A stretch of 64,000 bases of DNA from Ramazzottius varieornatus (Eukaryota > Animalia > Tardigrada): positions 1,842,827 through 1,906,826 of the forward strand of contig BDGG01000006.1 of NCBI GenBank assembly GCA_001949185.1. The letters are read 5' to 3'. This document shows positions 26,837-39,375 of this stretch, in pieces. A program made the position numbers and the translations under genes. Under the pieces are notes generated by a model. It ran no database searches. It saw nothing but the letters and a program-made list of their open reading frames with translations, and was not told the origin of the DNA. Numbering within the stretch: the first letter of the stretch is position 1; the number at the start of each line of letters is the position of its first letter.

Positions 26837-28027
26837 GAGGCTTCAATAAGTTTTAAGGCGTCGCTACCCTCCTAGACATGTACTTTTATCCCACTGTCCA
26901 AAACGAAGGCTGATCTATTTACAGTTCGTTATCAAAAGATCGAATGAATAGACTTCAAACTCGTCAAGATTCGTAAGTTACAGTTTCGGCATTTGACGAA
27001 CTTTTCACTTTCCCCGTTAATGTAACGCACTACGATGAGCCGTTTTACCGACGCGTCATACTGTACAATTTCAAGCGGTATTTGGCGACGCGGGATTGCT
27101 TCGAGGAGATGACTAAAGTGTTGGGGGATCATTCTTCGTCGAAATCAACTGTAGAGTAGTGGTACAGAAATTCTCGTCCAAAGATCTTCGATCTGGAAGG
27201 TGCCCGATTCGATCTGGATGATCTTAATTTACACAAAATTTGTGCTCGTTGGGTACCTCATGGACTGACGGAGGACCAACGGCAGTAAAGAGTACGTTGT
27301 TACGAGCAGATGCCTCCCATCCTCGAGTCAAACAGAAAGTACGATGTAGTGAATGGTGTTGAATCGTATGTCTGTTATCATGACCGAAAACGGAAGGAAC
27401 AGTACAAGGAATGGGTCGAGAAAGGAAGTTGCGCACCCATGGTTGTCCGGCACCGACGAGCATCAAGGAAGTACATGTCTGAATTTTGCCTAGACCGGAA
27501 CGGATTTATTGCCAATGCAAAGCTACTGCGTAAACCGTCGATGGGTGATGCTTCTCACATCGAAAACTGTTTGAAACCTCTGTGCGAGATCCTGAGAAAG
27601 ACTTCCAAAAGGCGGGTTTCGGGGGAAACTGCTTCACCACGATGACGCGAAGTCACACAGCGCACTTGCAACAGCGGAATTTTCGGCCGAGCAGGTGCTG
27701 GAAATTATTGTCCATCCCCCTCAACGTCCAGTTCTATCTGTCTGCGACATTCGGCTGTTTCCAAAACTGAAAGACCTCTCAAGGGGAAAAACATTTGTGA
27801 CGGAAGAGGATCAACTGTAGATAGCGCTAGCGATGACGCCCTTGCCTCTTTTGATAACAACTCACACCCTGAAATGTTTGGCGACTGGGTTTCTCGATGT
27901 AAACGTTGCATAGAGGTTGCTGGTGCTTACTTTGGAAAGTTGTAAAGGTCGGACGAACCAGTAATTTGTAATAGTAATTTGTAACCAGTAATTTGTAACA
28001 GCTTTATTAAAACTTATTGAACCCCCC
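26837..28027 (+). mobile_element. Degenerate mariner transposon
   Basis: Imperfect TIRs (GxGGxTTCAATAAGTTTTAA) with TA flanks, ~1.19 kb; transposase remnants KICARWVPHGLT, LHHDDA, CDIRLFPKLK and RCKRCIEVAGAYF, with stops and frameshifts. Confidence 0.88.
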
Positions 28028-28315
28028 TATGTAGCCTATTGTGCAGAAAGGTGGAAAAGCCTAACAGGCATATTAATTGTTGGAGGGCTGCCACCATTTC
28101 TCAGTTTTTATCATTTTATGTACTTACCGTCAATATGTTATCATCGCGAGGCGACAAAGGAATAACGCGGTAAGCATTGACGAGAAGGTACGCAGGAAGT
28201 ACTCGTCAGAAGTCTGACACGGAATCCCGTAAAAAATCGTACGCATTTGGATGTCACTGGCTCATTCACTATACCGAAACGTCTTCCAAGCTAGCAAAAG
28301 TCAACAGAGCTTCCA

Positions 28316-30075
28316 TCAAACCATAAGTTCGAATTTCTTGGATGTGCACCACGCTATCAAACTGTCGTACAGCTGGCTCGCACTCATTCGTTTTGCTGGA
28401 TCGTATTCGAAGCAAGTTGTAATGATCGTCTGCAATCTTTTCGGGAATTTGGATATGGCGGACAACCATGGCATGCGCCCTTCGCATAGCTTTAACCGAT
28501 AAAGTATCTCATGCATTTGTCCCGGTTCTTCGGCTTGTTCGTCGAGCGGATATCCGGGCAAATACTCGTATGGTAGGCTTCCATCCGGAAGAATCATTTT
28601 GAACAGCAAGCATTCAATGCTCCAAATATCCGTGGCGGTATTGACTGGTCGGGATTTATCGCTCTGCTCAAACTCCGCCAGATGCAGCATCTCGGGCGAC
28701 ATATAAAACGGTTTCCCGGATGCCGTTTTGATAGTGCTTTGACCTGGCTTGAGCTGATGATGTGTGTCCAAGCCACAAATACGAGCCTTCAGGTTGACTC
28801 CGCTAAGCAAAATCGTACTACAACGCAAGTCCCCATGGACGATCCGCTTCTGATGTAAGAATTCCAGTCCGCAGGCAACTTGGGTTAAAATCCGGCTGTG
28901 AACTTTTGGGCCGAGCAAAGATTGGTATCTTCGCAGATTTGATCCTGTAACCGTTAAGCGTTTCGAGGTTAATCCAACGCCAACCGCACAGACGATACAT
29001 TGAAATCCCTATCATTTCGTACCGAATTTTAGTACGTGCGTGCCTTTGTACCCTGGGGCATAGGAGGGCATACGGTAAGTGCTATCTATGCTCTAGGGTA
29101 CAAAGGCACGCAGGTATTAAAATTCTGCTCGAAATGATCGAGATTTGAAAGTGCTGGCTTTGGAATAATAATAATGAGCATTACACGCAGCTGGTCCGTG
29201 TAATGTAAAGTGTAATGTAAAACAGTGTAATTGTAAAAGTGTAATTACATTTCACACTAGTTTATATTTTACACACCGAGCGGTTTGTAACGCATGAAAG
29301 TGACAAGGAGCGACGAAAACGACGAATCAGCTATGTCTATGTTTGCATAGAATATAGATCTTAGTAATTGTCTTCCAGACAAAGATAAAAATACGGTTGC
29401 AGAATGACCATACTCAGGAAGTTTCTGAGATTTTTCCGCGTAAGTCAGTCGAATTTCAGATTTCTGGCGGCAAAATACTCAAAAATACCGCAGATTCTGG
29501 CAGGTAAAAGTTGTAATTACATTCTACATTTACATTACAACTTCCCCGTGGTTGTAATGTCGTGGAAAAGTGTAATTGTAATGTAAAATGCAATGCAATG
29601 TAAAATGTAATGCTCATCATTTCTTTGGAAACCATGACGCGTAACACTAAGCTTAAGCGCGTACACTACACGTCGATGTTACGAGTTTGTAAGAATTCAG
29701 CCCGCATCTACCTTCACAATATTCCATCAGAATCCATGACTGGTTATCCGCGTCAACGATGATGGTATGGTAATCCACTAAATTTGGATGCTTCAGAAGC
29801 CGCAGCTGATCCACATTTTCGTACATTTTTTCAAACTCCGTGTCACGGCCGTTTCTGCGCAGTCGCTTGACAGCTAATCCAGGCTCTATTTTCTGCCTGG
29901 GACTATCATGTCGAATATCGCACTGTCGCTCCACAAACGAAAAGTAAACAGTACCATATGTTCCGAAACTGATGTCTTTGCGTAAATCCAGGAAGTATAC
30001 ATGCCCGCGCAGAGACGATCCCACTATTTGTAGCATGTTCGACCTGAAAGTTACTCCAGGGCGCTCTTCGGCCAT
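28316..30075 (-). CDS. Ser/Thr kinase-fold protein, probable pseudokinase; exons 30075-29712 and 28944-28316
   Basis: FGTYGTVY, LAVKRL, LKHPNLVDY, WILMEYCE|GSNL (phase-consistent splice), HGDLRCSTILL, RICGLD in place of DFG, YMSPEM, TDIWS. Confidence 0.8.
29001..29149. repeat. Imperfect long hairpin / small MITE in the kinase intron
   Basis: atcatttcg...gcgtgcctttgtaccctggggcatag pairs with ctatgctctagggtacaaaggcacgc...cgaaatgat. Confidence 0.8.
29174..29617. repeat. TGTAAT-rich element with short inverted termini
   Basis: ATGAGCATTACA ... TGTAATGCTCAT termini, with many internal tgtaa/ttaca motifs. Confidence 0.6.
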
Positions 30076-30368
30076 TAGCAAAAGGTCCTGCCAACAAAAC
30101 AATGTGCTTAAACACTGTCGTATACGTCATCCATTGTTGATGAAGCGCACACCATCCCAGATGACCACGATCGCGCAACCCAGCAGTTTTATGCTCAACT
30201 AGAGCTCAGAGTCAGAGACAGGGAACTAGTCAACTAGAATTAACCACCACGCGGAACTTGACGATTCTGTCTCGCAAGGGCATTACGCCCACCGTTAAAT
30301 CCCGATATTGCAGGAAGATGGGGGAGAGTCTGCTCTACCGGTTGAGCTACATACCTAGTCAGAAGAAA

Positions 30369-30647
30369 AATCCTGGATGATACTGCAGGATACGGAAGTT
30401 ACGATTCCCTGTCGCTGCAGTGACGTGAGGCTCTTTGATTGGGAATTTGATTGGACTCACAACTGTTTAGCCGATCAGCTGTTTTATCAGGCTAACCGGA
30501 CGGCGTGCCATCATGCCCTTATAACGCGTTCTAGTCCACCATTCTGTACCGGAGTGTCAAAATCCCAATCAAAGAGCCTCAGCTGTCTCACGTCACTGCA
30601 GTGACAGGGAATCGTAACTTCGGAATTCCGCAGTATCATCTAGGATT
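30369..30647. mobile_element. MITE-like foldback element with ~80-bp arms
   Basis: gaagttacgattccctgtcgctgcagtgacgtgaggctctttgattggga is mirrored at 30557-30645. Confidence 0.8.
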
Positions 30648-32137
30648 AGAAAGTCGAACGGTCCGTAAAGGCGTCTCTAGTTTTTTCCTAATATTCTGTT
30701 GTTGCCGCCGATACAGTGTGAGGCTATTACGTAATGCTCGCAGGGCTTAGTAATACAACCTTGCATGCGACTTGATACCCCATGTTATCCCATATCAGAC
30801 CACTTCAGGTGGTCTAACATGGGATTTTTGGGCACGAGCTGTCGTTGCGGAGCTGGTTTTGTTCGTAAGTTTGTGTTTGAACCCCTTGCCCAGTGAAGGG
30901 CAAAGTACAACATTAGTGGTGATAAGCTTGTGATTGGAATGTGACTGAGGAGAAGCGAAAGTAGGTCACAAAAGAAGGAAATAAGGCTATAGCATTGCAT
31001 TCTGAGTCACAGGGAGTAGTGCAATGGTTGGGAACTTGGGATACACGCTGTCATCATCCCAGTTCCCGTTTTCTTCCCTTTTAGCCTCGCTCGGCGGCAA
31101 CAGTACCCGTTAGGGTGCCGCCCCGCGAATGTATTCTATATGCGGGCTCCCTGTTAGGCAATCCCCGAAAACGGAGTTCGCAAAACGGAATTCGGAATTT
31201 GTATCAGGAATACCGGACCCAAGCATTCCTGTCTGAGCCAATAATCTGTTTTCGGAATTCCGCCGTTCCAGATCGTCTGCGCCATGAAGGGAACGGAATT
31301 CCGGGAGGAAAGGGAATTCGGGACGGAACGGAACTCTGGATCCACAACCGTAGTATGGTGAGCAAAGTTACAAACAGACCTTATAGTACAAGGTTTGTCG
31401 TCGTACTTGTAACCCAGGTCGTGCGAACCATATGTCACAGTGGAGTTTTGTTCATTTACGCAGCTGAGACACCACCATGACGGAAAAATCGAGCTAGCCA
31501 CCCAATCGAGATAGCTGAGGTAGCAGCACCTTATAACAAGTTGGCTTTTCAATGTCCCAGTTACTGCTAATGTTCGCTACTAAACTCCAGAACTTTACTC
31601 ACGTATCGACATGTTCTCCTCGGTAAAAGCAATTTGTCCTCACCTTCATTACGGTTATAAATACAACATCTGGAAGCTGCTCCTGCAAAAAAGCACCGTT
31701 TGATTACATTGAAACAGCTCAGAAGCTTGCAGGGATGCTGGGAAACTACAGTAGACGAACTTCATCCAGCGTAAAATGTACCGAGTCTTTTGTCCGTAAC
31801 TTGTAGCCTAATGCTTCATCAAAACTATTCCTCCGCGCAAACTTTACCGGCTCCGCAAAATAATCGTTGATTTCGTCTCTCAGACGTTTGTCTGGTGTTC
31901 GAGTACCGTAGAGGTAGCCTAAAAATAAAAATTAAGTCAGCGCTGAACTGGTTGGGCCCAAGTGAGTTTAATCGCGACCTCTGGATCCGTATTCTAGCAT
32001 GCGACCGGTAGCGATCGAATTTTCAAACTCTTTGAGTGTGAGCCGTGTATATTTTGCATCTGGTGAGGAAACGAAGTCCTGTTCTTTCTCAGACGTGCTG
32101 TGCAGCATCGCTTTACATGGTTTGTTGCAACGCCGTA

Positions 32138-33896
32138 CTGTACTCCCGCGATACACACGCCATACTTCCCTCTGTATTAGGAAAAGTAGTACTGCAAGTA
32201 AAAAAGTACCGTAGCGTTAACTGAGCTGATTGTCTGATCAGCTTGTTCTTTTGACCTGTTGAATTTCTGTTTTCTGTGTTTCCGGTGAAAGAGTCTGAAC
32301 ACTGCTTTACTTTGGTATCCTCCCTTGAACTCTACCTTTTTTGCCTATCATAATGGGGACATTTAGAACCCGCTCGGTGTACAGAGTATCGGAAGCTGTA
32401 AGGAACTTGAGAGCTATGGCGGAAAGCGGGATGTCGATGTGGTCTTACGCGAAGGTGGTGAAAATTCCAAGGACAACGATCAGAGATTGGAAGTGAGTGA
32501 CTTCGATGATCAAATATTTTGAAATGGAGTTGTCTCTTATGATGACAATATTTCAGAAAAAAGCTACCGGAAGGAACTTTCAAAGGCCGCAGAAAACCCA
32601 TGTTTCAAGATGTGGAAAAGCGAGTGTACCACGAGGTGATCAAGACTAGAAACGTCAGCTTACCTGTACGCGACTCCGACCTTCGAAAGTGGGCAGCGCA
32701 AATCGCGAAAGATTTGAACGTGAAAAATTTCAGGGTATCAAACGGTTGGATATATAGCCTGAAGAAGCGATACCGTCTGAGTTATCGGGCAACAACAAAA
32801 GTGAGCAGAAAAACGACGAAGACGGCAGCGGATGAGGTACAACAATAGTTTGCTTTTGTACCAAAATCTTGATGTTCTGTCAGGCTTTCTTATTTTCGAA
32901 ATTTAAACGTTTAGCTGAAGATCTGTTCTTACAGCTTGAAGAACATGTCTTCATGGAACGCGTAGAGGAAATTAGTGGCGTAAACAATACTCATCCTAGC
33001 CGGATCATCAACTTCGACCAGACAAGCGTTCTTCTGCAAAATACTTACGGGAAGACGTTGTCTCCTATTGGAGTGAAGCAAGTGCACGTCATTCAACCTC
33101 CAGGGGAAAAGGAACGGTTTACTGTTGGGCTTGCTGTAACGGGAGACGGACAGAAGTTTCCTGCTGCCATCGTCTTCAAAGGCGGCGTGAAGACTGGACA
33201 GTTGTCGGCGAACATTCTAGGAAAACTGAAAATTCCTGATAACGTTCGCGTTTTCAGTACGCGTACTGCTTGGTGGAATTCGAGGATCGATCACGAATGG
33301 ATAAAGCAGTCGTTCGAGGAAGATACTCAGAACACCTTGTACCTCATTCGAGACCATTTTGCAGCTCATCTGAAATTCGAAAGCAGAGAACTTCTAGAAA
33401 GCAGGAACGTCGATCAAGTTTTCATTCCTCGAGGATTGACTGGCACTTATCAGCCGCTAGACGTGGGCATAAACGCTCCATTTAAGGCTAACCTGAAGCG
33501 AGCGTATCATGAATGGCGAAAAGAACGAGCAGAGTTGACAGGTAAAGGATACCTTCGTAAACCCTCCCGACAGGACTTCATCGACTTCGTGTCTCAAGCT
33601 TGGGCAGATGTGAATCCAGAAACAATCGAGAACGCGTTCGTGGGGGCTCAAATTCTACCTGAACCAACATATATGATTGCTAATGAACAAACTTCTGTAG
33701 AGAATGATGAAGCGCCATTGGAATTTAGCTTTAGTTCGATCGAAGAGAACAGTGGTGACGAAGTGGCGGAAGATTCCTCTTTAGAGTACAGCTTTTCGAC
33801 TGATTATTGATTCAATAAAGTTCAAATTTTCTGCCCCCGGGAGGTGCACATTCCTGACGTACGTACGAGTATGGCGTGTGTATCGCGGGAGTACAG
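32138..33896 (+). mobile_element. Full-length pogo-superfamily DNA transposon (DD35D), 1759 bp
   Basis: Perfect 29-bp TIRs CTGTACTCCCGCGATACACACGCCATACT (32138-32166 and 33868-33896), TA duplication on both sides. Confidence 0.95.
32353..33810 (+). CDS. pogo/CENP-B-like transposase, 431 aa; exons 32353-32492, 32557-32836, 32935-33810
   Basis: HTH (IPRTTIRDWK), CENP-B-type HTH (FRVSNGWIYSLKKRY), catalytic NFDQT / LIRDHF / QPLDVG with 35 residues between D2 and D3; both introns GT-AG and in phase; no internal stops. Confidence 0.9.
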
Positions 33897-35060
33897 TATG
33901 TTATAGCAAATTTCTCGTTGTAAGGCGGAAATAACGTCGCAGCGGTTCTTTCGCGCATAATATCTTGTATCCGAATAGAGAAACTCTTGTCGCGTATTAT
34001 CCGCAAAAATAGCACCGAACTGTTGCGGATCCGGTAGTCGAAAAGAGCTTTGAATTCAGTCAATCGTAAGCCGGAAACTGGGAATGAGTCCATCTGAACG
34101 AGGATGTCACCCGACATTAAGGGAAACAAAGCTGCTTTTTGACCCCGAGCGCTCATGAACCTGGCCCAGATACCACTTCCCTGCCTAGGGTCCTCTCTCA
34201 CAGAGAAAACCAGCAGCTGACCGTTCTCAGCTCCCCCGCAGACATCAAAAAACTCGGCGTAATTTTCCAGCGATGCACACGTGAGCTGTACTTCTTTCGG
34301 AACCAGATATTCGGTTCTCAAAGGCAACGGGTTTCCCGGCGCCGTACCCGACAACGATCGCCTTTCCATCGCTGATCTCCTAATACTACACAGAATATAA
34401 ACTATCAGTCTGCAACAAACAATGATGCGACAGTTGACCCGCGGGGCAATAACAAGAAACGTGCTGTAAACCAGCGTAACATGCTGTGTATAGTGTAAAA
34501 CTTTTAGGGTGGGTACGTTAAGTGCAACGTCAGGATATAAGATGGTGCGTGATGAACAATGCGACACGATAAGAATACGCTAATCATATCGGTTCCTCGC
34601 AGCCAGCAGCACGTTTGCTGATGCCAGAAAGCAAAGATCTATTTAACACGGGCGCCGTTATTTAATCGAATGCAAACAATGAACCCAGGCGCGGCATAGT
34701 GGCCTGACTACGTGTCCCATGACTCGAGTGGAGCTAGTAGATACATTTCAATGTCTCAGCACTAACCACTGCAAGGTAGCAGTATCGGTTCTGGACTGCA
34801 ACTTTTCCACAAAACGTTTGCGTTTACGCTCCATCCTAAACTTTTGGATTGTCACCGAAGCAAACACATGAAAGTTCTTTGCGTCTACTGTCATGGCACT
34901 CGATGTTGGTAAGTGCTATAGTTTTGACAAGTGCAGCACGGTTAAACGACCCGAGATGGAATTCGTTTAACGATCGGTGTGATGTTCCGATCATTTCAGA
35001 CATACGAGCTAACTTGTACCGTGGGCCACGCACAGAATAATCCCTATGTGGCCCATAGTA

Positions 35061-36750
35061 CACGAACGACGAGATTTTTAAAAATTACGGGCCAGGCGGA
35101 AAAGACGGCAAATTTACAGTCTGTATGGAAGCCAGCAACAGAAATCAGACAAATGACGTAACACAGTAAAATTCAACCGTAGAAGTTTGTCATGGACAGT
35201 GGCCATCAGCTGATCAGCTGTTTTATTACTCTTACGCTTCAACGCTGCTGTCGATTGCCATTCGACTTTCTCGCGGAGAAGCTCTGAAATAGCTTGAACT
35301 GTTGAAGATCTGCGTGTTCCGGTAAAATGTAGATCTAAACGCTATAATAAATATGACCAGCTTTAAGTTAGCTCCTCGGCCCAATATCCAGTACGAATGT
35401 ACAGCAGTGCAGCCTTCGATGTCAGTCGCGACCAATGCAATAAATTTGCCGGGAAAGACAGCGAGTATGGCAAAAGTATGACCTGTCGATGACGTGAATT
35501 TTAAAGTGGATTACAAATATGATGACGTAACCAGGTAGGAAAATTTAATTTTTCGAATTTGGTTTTGTGCGATATGGAAGATGCTGGACATCTAGTGCGT
35601 CATGTTCTACAAACGCAGTCACCAGCAACATCGACCTCACCCAAACAGAATATCGATTGCTGTCAATGCGCATTACAAGTACCGGTCTGGCACAATTGAT
35701 TGCTTTGCAGCAGCGGAGTTAGTGCAATCAGTCCATATGGAAGACGGAAACTATCACCGTAACGTGCATTTGGGCAGACCATAAAACTAAGCTGGTGACT
35801 TCATTACCCTAATATCTTTGAGAGCCTCCGAAACCATCTCAATCGAATTTGAAAGCTACGATCATCAGACGCGTTTTAACGAGCTGCATTCGTCACAGAA
35901 CGACTGTTATGCAATGGGCGATTGAGCGTAAAAATCCCGTTAGACCCTGGTTGTCCATAAGTCTAAGAGGGCTGGCTACGGCCAGACGATGTCGTTTCAG
36001 TACTGAAGCGAGAGAAAACGTGCTTGCGCAGTGCCATGCTGAACTCCCGACTGAATTGGATGACATTGGTGCACTTGTACCGAGACATCGTTATAGACCA
36101 CAAAACTGTCGTTGAATGGTACAAGAATGGTTTTCCCGATGAGACCGCTCAGACTCCTGCAGCCTCGACCGGCTCTAACGTTTATCTGAACGACTTAGAA
36201 AGTTGCCAGTGCGTCATGTCGACCATCGAAGAACTGGAAGATGACATGAACTCTTTCGATGTTGCTGATATCGGTGCTGTTTTACCTGAAGCTTAATCCA
36301 ACATAATAATCCACTTTCTACATTTTGTTTTTTCTCTACACTATTTGCTTGTACATGGTCCTCGGGATGAGTTCATTGTGACGTCCGAATGCAGAGACCA
36401 TCTTGGTCGGTTTCTTTTTGGGGGTTTCTTGTCTGCATTCTTCCTCCCACAAAAAGATTTTTATGTTTCGTATTGTGCGCATCCTGTGCATGAATTTTTC
36501 ACATAAAGGCCAAAACTCAAAACTGGAACTTTCAGCAGGCCGCGTTACCAGATTTTACCTGTACTTAGAAATTACGTCATCCACAGGTCGTACATCTCGG
36601 TACTATCTGTCTTTCCCGGCAAATTATTTTGGATGGCCGCCGCTGTTCGATGTTGATTTTTACTTGTAGCAAGAATCACCTGCCCGTACCGCCGTAGCGA
36701 AAGGGCCCAGCCCGTTATATTTACTGGCCCATAATATCTCGTCGCGCGTG
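35061..36750. mobile_element. Non-autonomous inverted-repeat element carrying a degenerate hAT-type dimerisation-domain fragment
   Basis: TA|CACG..CGACGAG termini; perfect 19-bp internal IR 35443-35461 / 36607-36625; VLKREKTCLRSAMLNSRLNWMTLVHLYRDI at ~36000-36090. Confidence 0.65.
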
Positions 36751-38040
36751 TACACATTCGAGCAGGTATGTCCGAGATCACCGGAACTGTATAGCACCAG
36801 AGTTAGTTCTTGCACAGACAGTGCTTTCTTGAATTAGGCCGAGCGAAGTGAGCCCTTTGAAGTGTGTCACGATTTCAATGCTGGTCACGATGTTCAGTCA
36901 TGGCTTTGTGCAAACTCTCCTCCGAAAACTAATGCGCAAAATGAACGGTTCGATATACCGGTACCGCTAGTAGCAACCCCAAGCATAACATTTAAACTCT
37001 CCACACTGCGGATTGCGGCGGTTACGACGATTACATTCGGAATGACACCAGATCATTATGAAACAGCTCACAGGAACCACACCAACACCCCGCCTGAGCT
37101 GGCAAGCCAAAGCAAGGCGACCGACGAGGTCTTCCGTGAATATCAAACCTGCAGTCGCTTTACTACTTACTAGCTAGAAGTGGGAAAGCAAGCAGCGGCT
37201 GAGCCATCAGGCGACATTATCACCACCATTTTCCCCAGCCAGTGAACCTGTTTCGCAAGTCATATCTCGGCTCGCGTATCATATGTATGGGGCTTATGCT
37301 GCGCAGCTATCCACGGCTCATGTTCTGCCTGATACATATCGCTGCACGGAATTTAAAAGTCTGTACAAGCGGAGTTGGTTGCACTATTGACCGGTTAGGT
37401 CGCGATTTGAAATTTTGGTGGTTTGGAGCGTGATCAGACCAATGAGGAAACTGCAGCTGGTGCGAGGACTGATGCGAGCGACACGTCTCACTCATTTTCC
37501 GCCACTTGACTTCCGGTTCTCGTTATGCAAATTCATCATATTTTCGACCTAAACCAGCATTAAAGTTAGGAAGAGACGTTTCTTTTCCCAATACCCATTC
37601 GGGTCGCGCGGCCTGAAATCGCTTTGCACTAGTTTTCTCGCCGGTTTCCTTGAGACAGCGAGTCTACTTGAGTAAATTATCATAATCAGCATTCAGGAGA
37701 ATCGGTTTTGCATAATAAAAACGAGAAAGTACAGAAAACAGCCTTAACATAAGCTGAAACTAAAACTAGAAAGGTTCTTCTATTTGTCTTTAATTAGTCG
37801 AAAGAGGATGAGTACAGTAAACAGCACCAAAACAAGGGGTCGACAGGGTTTCTCAAAAGTGCCCGTATTTAATAAAACCGAATGACCGATGATGACAACG
37901 CCTGTCCGTTTCCAGAATTCATCATAGCGTCGCTGTTGGGCGGACACCTCGTATACCAACTGTTCGCAGCTTTCCTGATGTGCAAGTACTGTCTGACGCC
38001 CATCTTGCAACGACAAATGCGGCGCTTAGTAAACAGTTTT

Positions 38041-38119
38041 CCCAGACCGGACGATGCCGTGGAACGTCCCAGACCGGACGATGCCGTGGAACGTCCCAGA
38101 CCGGACGATGCCGTGGAAT
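38041..38119 (+). repeat. 27-bp tandem repeat, ~3 copies (PRPDDAVER in ORF 37882..38271)
   Basis: cccagaccggacgatgccgtggaacgt repeated. Confidence 0.9.
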
Positions 38120-39375
38120 GTCTCATATCTGGATATCATCTTTGTACTCGAATTCAACTGACCGAACCATCCAAACTCATGCACAGGAATAATCCGGCCA
38201 ATAATAGGCTAAGAAGATACGGACCTAAAAACGTTCCCAATACCTTACCAGTGAACTGGAAACCAGAATAGAGCCTGGAGGACACATAGAGTTTTGGTGT
38301 TATTCAAAGTGGAGGGATTTCTGGATCATGGCTTGCAGAACCAATCAGGCAGACTACAGACACCGTTTTGTCGCAGCAACAGTCGATAAGCACGGATCAG
38401 ATGGCCACATCGGATTTGATGGTCGCGGCTTGTATTACGCGGTCGGTGAGACTCGTGAAATGTTGGACATTTGGGGGGAAGTTCCAGTAGCTCGGGAACC
38501 AGAGCCGGGGGCTCATCAAATAGTTCCGGTATGTACATGTACTTGGGTTTGTCTGCTGTCGTCTGCAATGTCGCCATCACTTCTCCATTGGTTCTGAAGT
38601 TTGACTTACAATGGTACCACAGTACTGTACTCATACAAAGAACTGGAGCCCAATAAAACAACCAAATTTCGAGCCCAGTAGGGAATTAGACGTCGACATT
38701 GTATAAATGCACACAAGATCGGGAAGTACAGTACATTCGAGTCGGACAAAGTTCGTTCTTTTTTTGTAAACGCTAACGTGCTGCAAAACCGAACCCCGAC
38801 ATCAGCCATCCACTTGCAGTGTCTTCCAAATAATACAGTATGTTTGCATCTTCACTTTTCAGGAAGAAGTGCCGGAGGCAGCCCTTGGTCAAGCTCACCA
38901 AGCTCAGCAGGAAGTTCGAGCCTTTCCTGAAATTGTAATACTGTAGCTGAAAATCGTTGAATACGACTTGCTGTTGTGATTCGCCTTTCACAGCGTCATC
39001 AGTTTTTCCACACACAGATTTTGTTTTGCTGCAGTGCTTGGATCGTCGAGCGTTAAGGATAATTTACAATATTAAAATCATTATTTTAAATATGTCCGAA
39101 TATGGCGCGCTGCAGCCCCCGACGTCCGAGATAACTCAGACACCTGCCGAGTTAATCATCGGCTTTCGGTGTCGACTAATCTCCATCGACCACAATTTCA
39201 GTCTGTTCGTCCATCCACTTTCTCCACCTCTTTTAAATTTTAATTATTTTAAATGATAAATAACCATCCAGAACTTCATTATTTTAATTATTTTAAATAA
39301 ATATCAATAATCATTCTAAATATAGAATAATTATTCTAAATATGGTTAATACCACCCATTAAAAAAATATTTTAA

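Larger units (their letters stand above)
31746..34369 (-). pseudogene. MAGI-like PDZ + guanylate-kinase gene, interrupted by the pogo transposon and frameshifted
   Basis: Right of the insertion: VCGGAENGQL...GDILVQMDSFPVSG (MAGI PDZ0-like). Across and left of it: SALQREICYNI|RRCNKPC...YTRLTLKEFENSIATGRMLEYGSR|GYLYGT (GK-like), with a 60-nt GT-AG intron at 31978-31919. Confidence 0.72.

Noticed and set aside
30325-30356. tRNA gene on the minus strand (GTAGCTCAACCGGTAGAGC)
   Set aside because: Only a D-arm/A-box-like half; no anticodon arm, T-arm or acceptor pairing.
32353-33810. Domesticated CENP-B-like host gene
   Set aside because: It has introns, but perfect TIRs and a TA duplication show it is still a transposon.
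33812-34567. Intact PDZ cargo gene carried by the pogo element
   Set aside because: The right TIR lies inside this ORF, so it is the interrupted host gene and not cargo.
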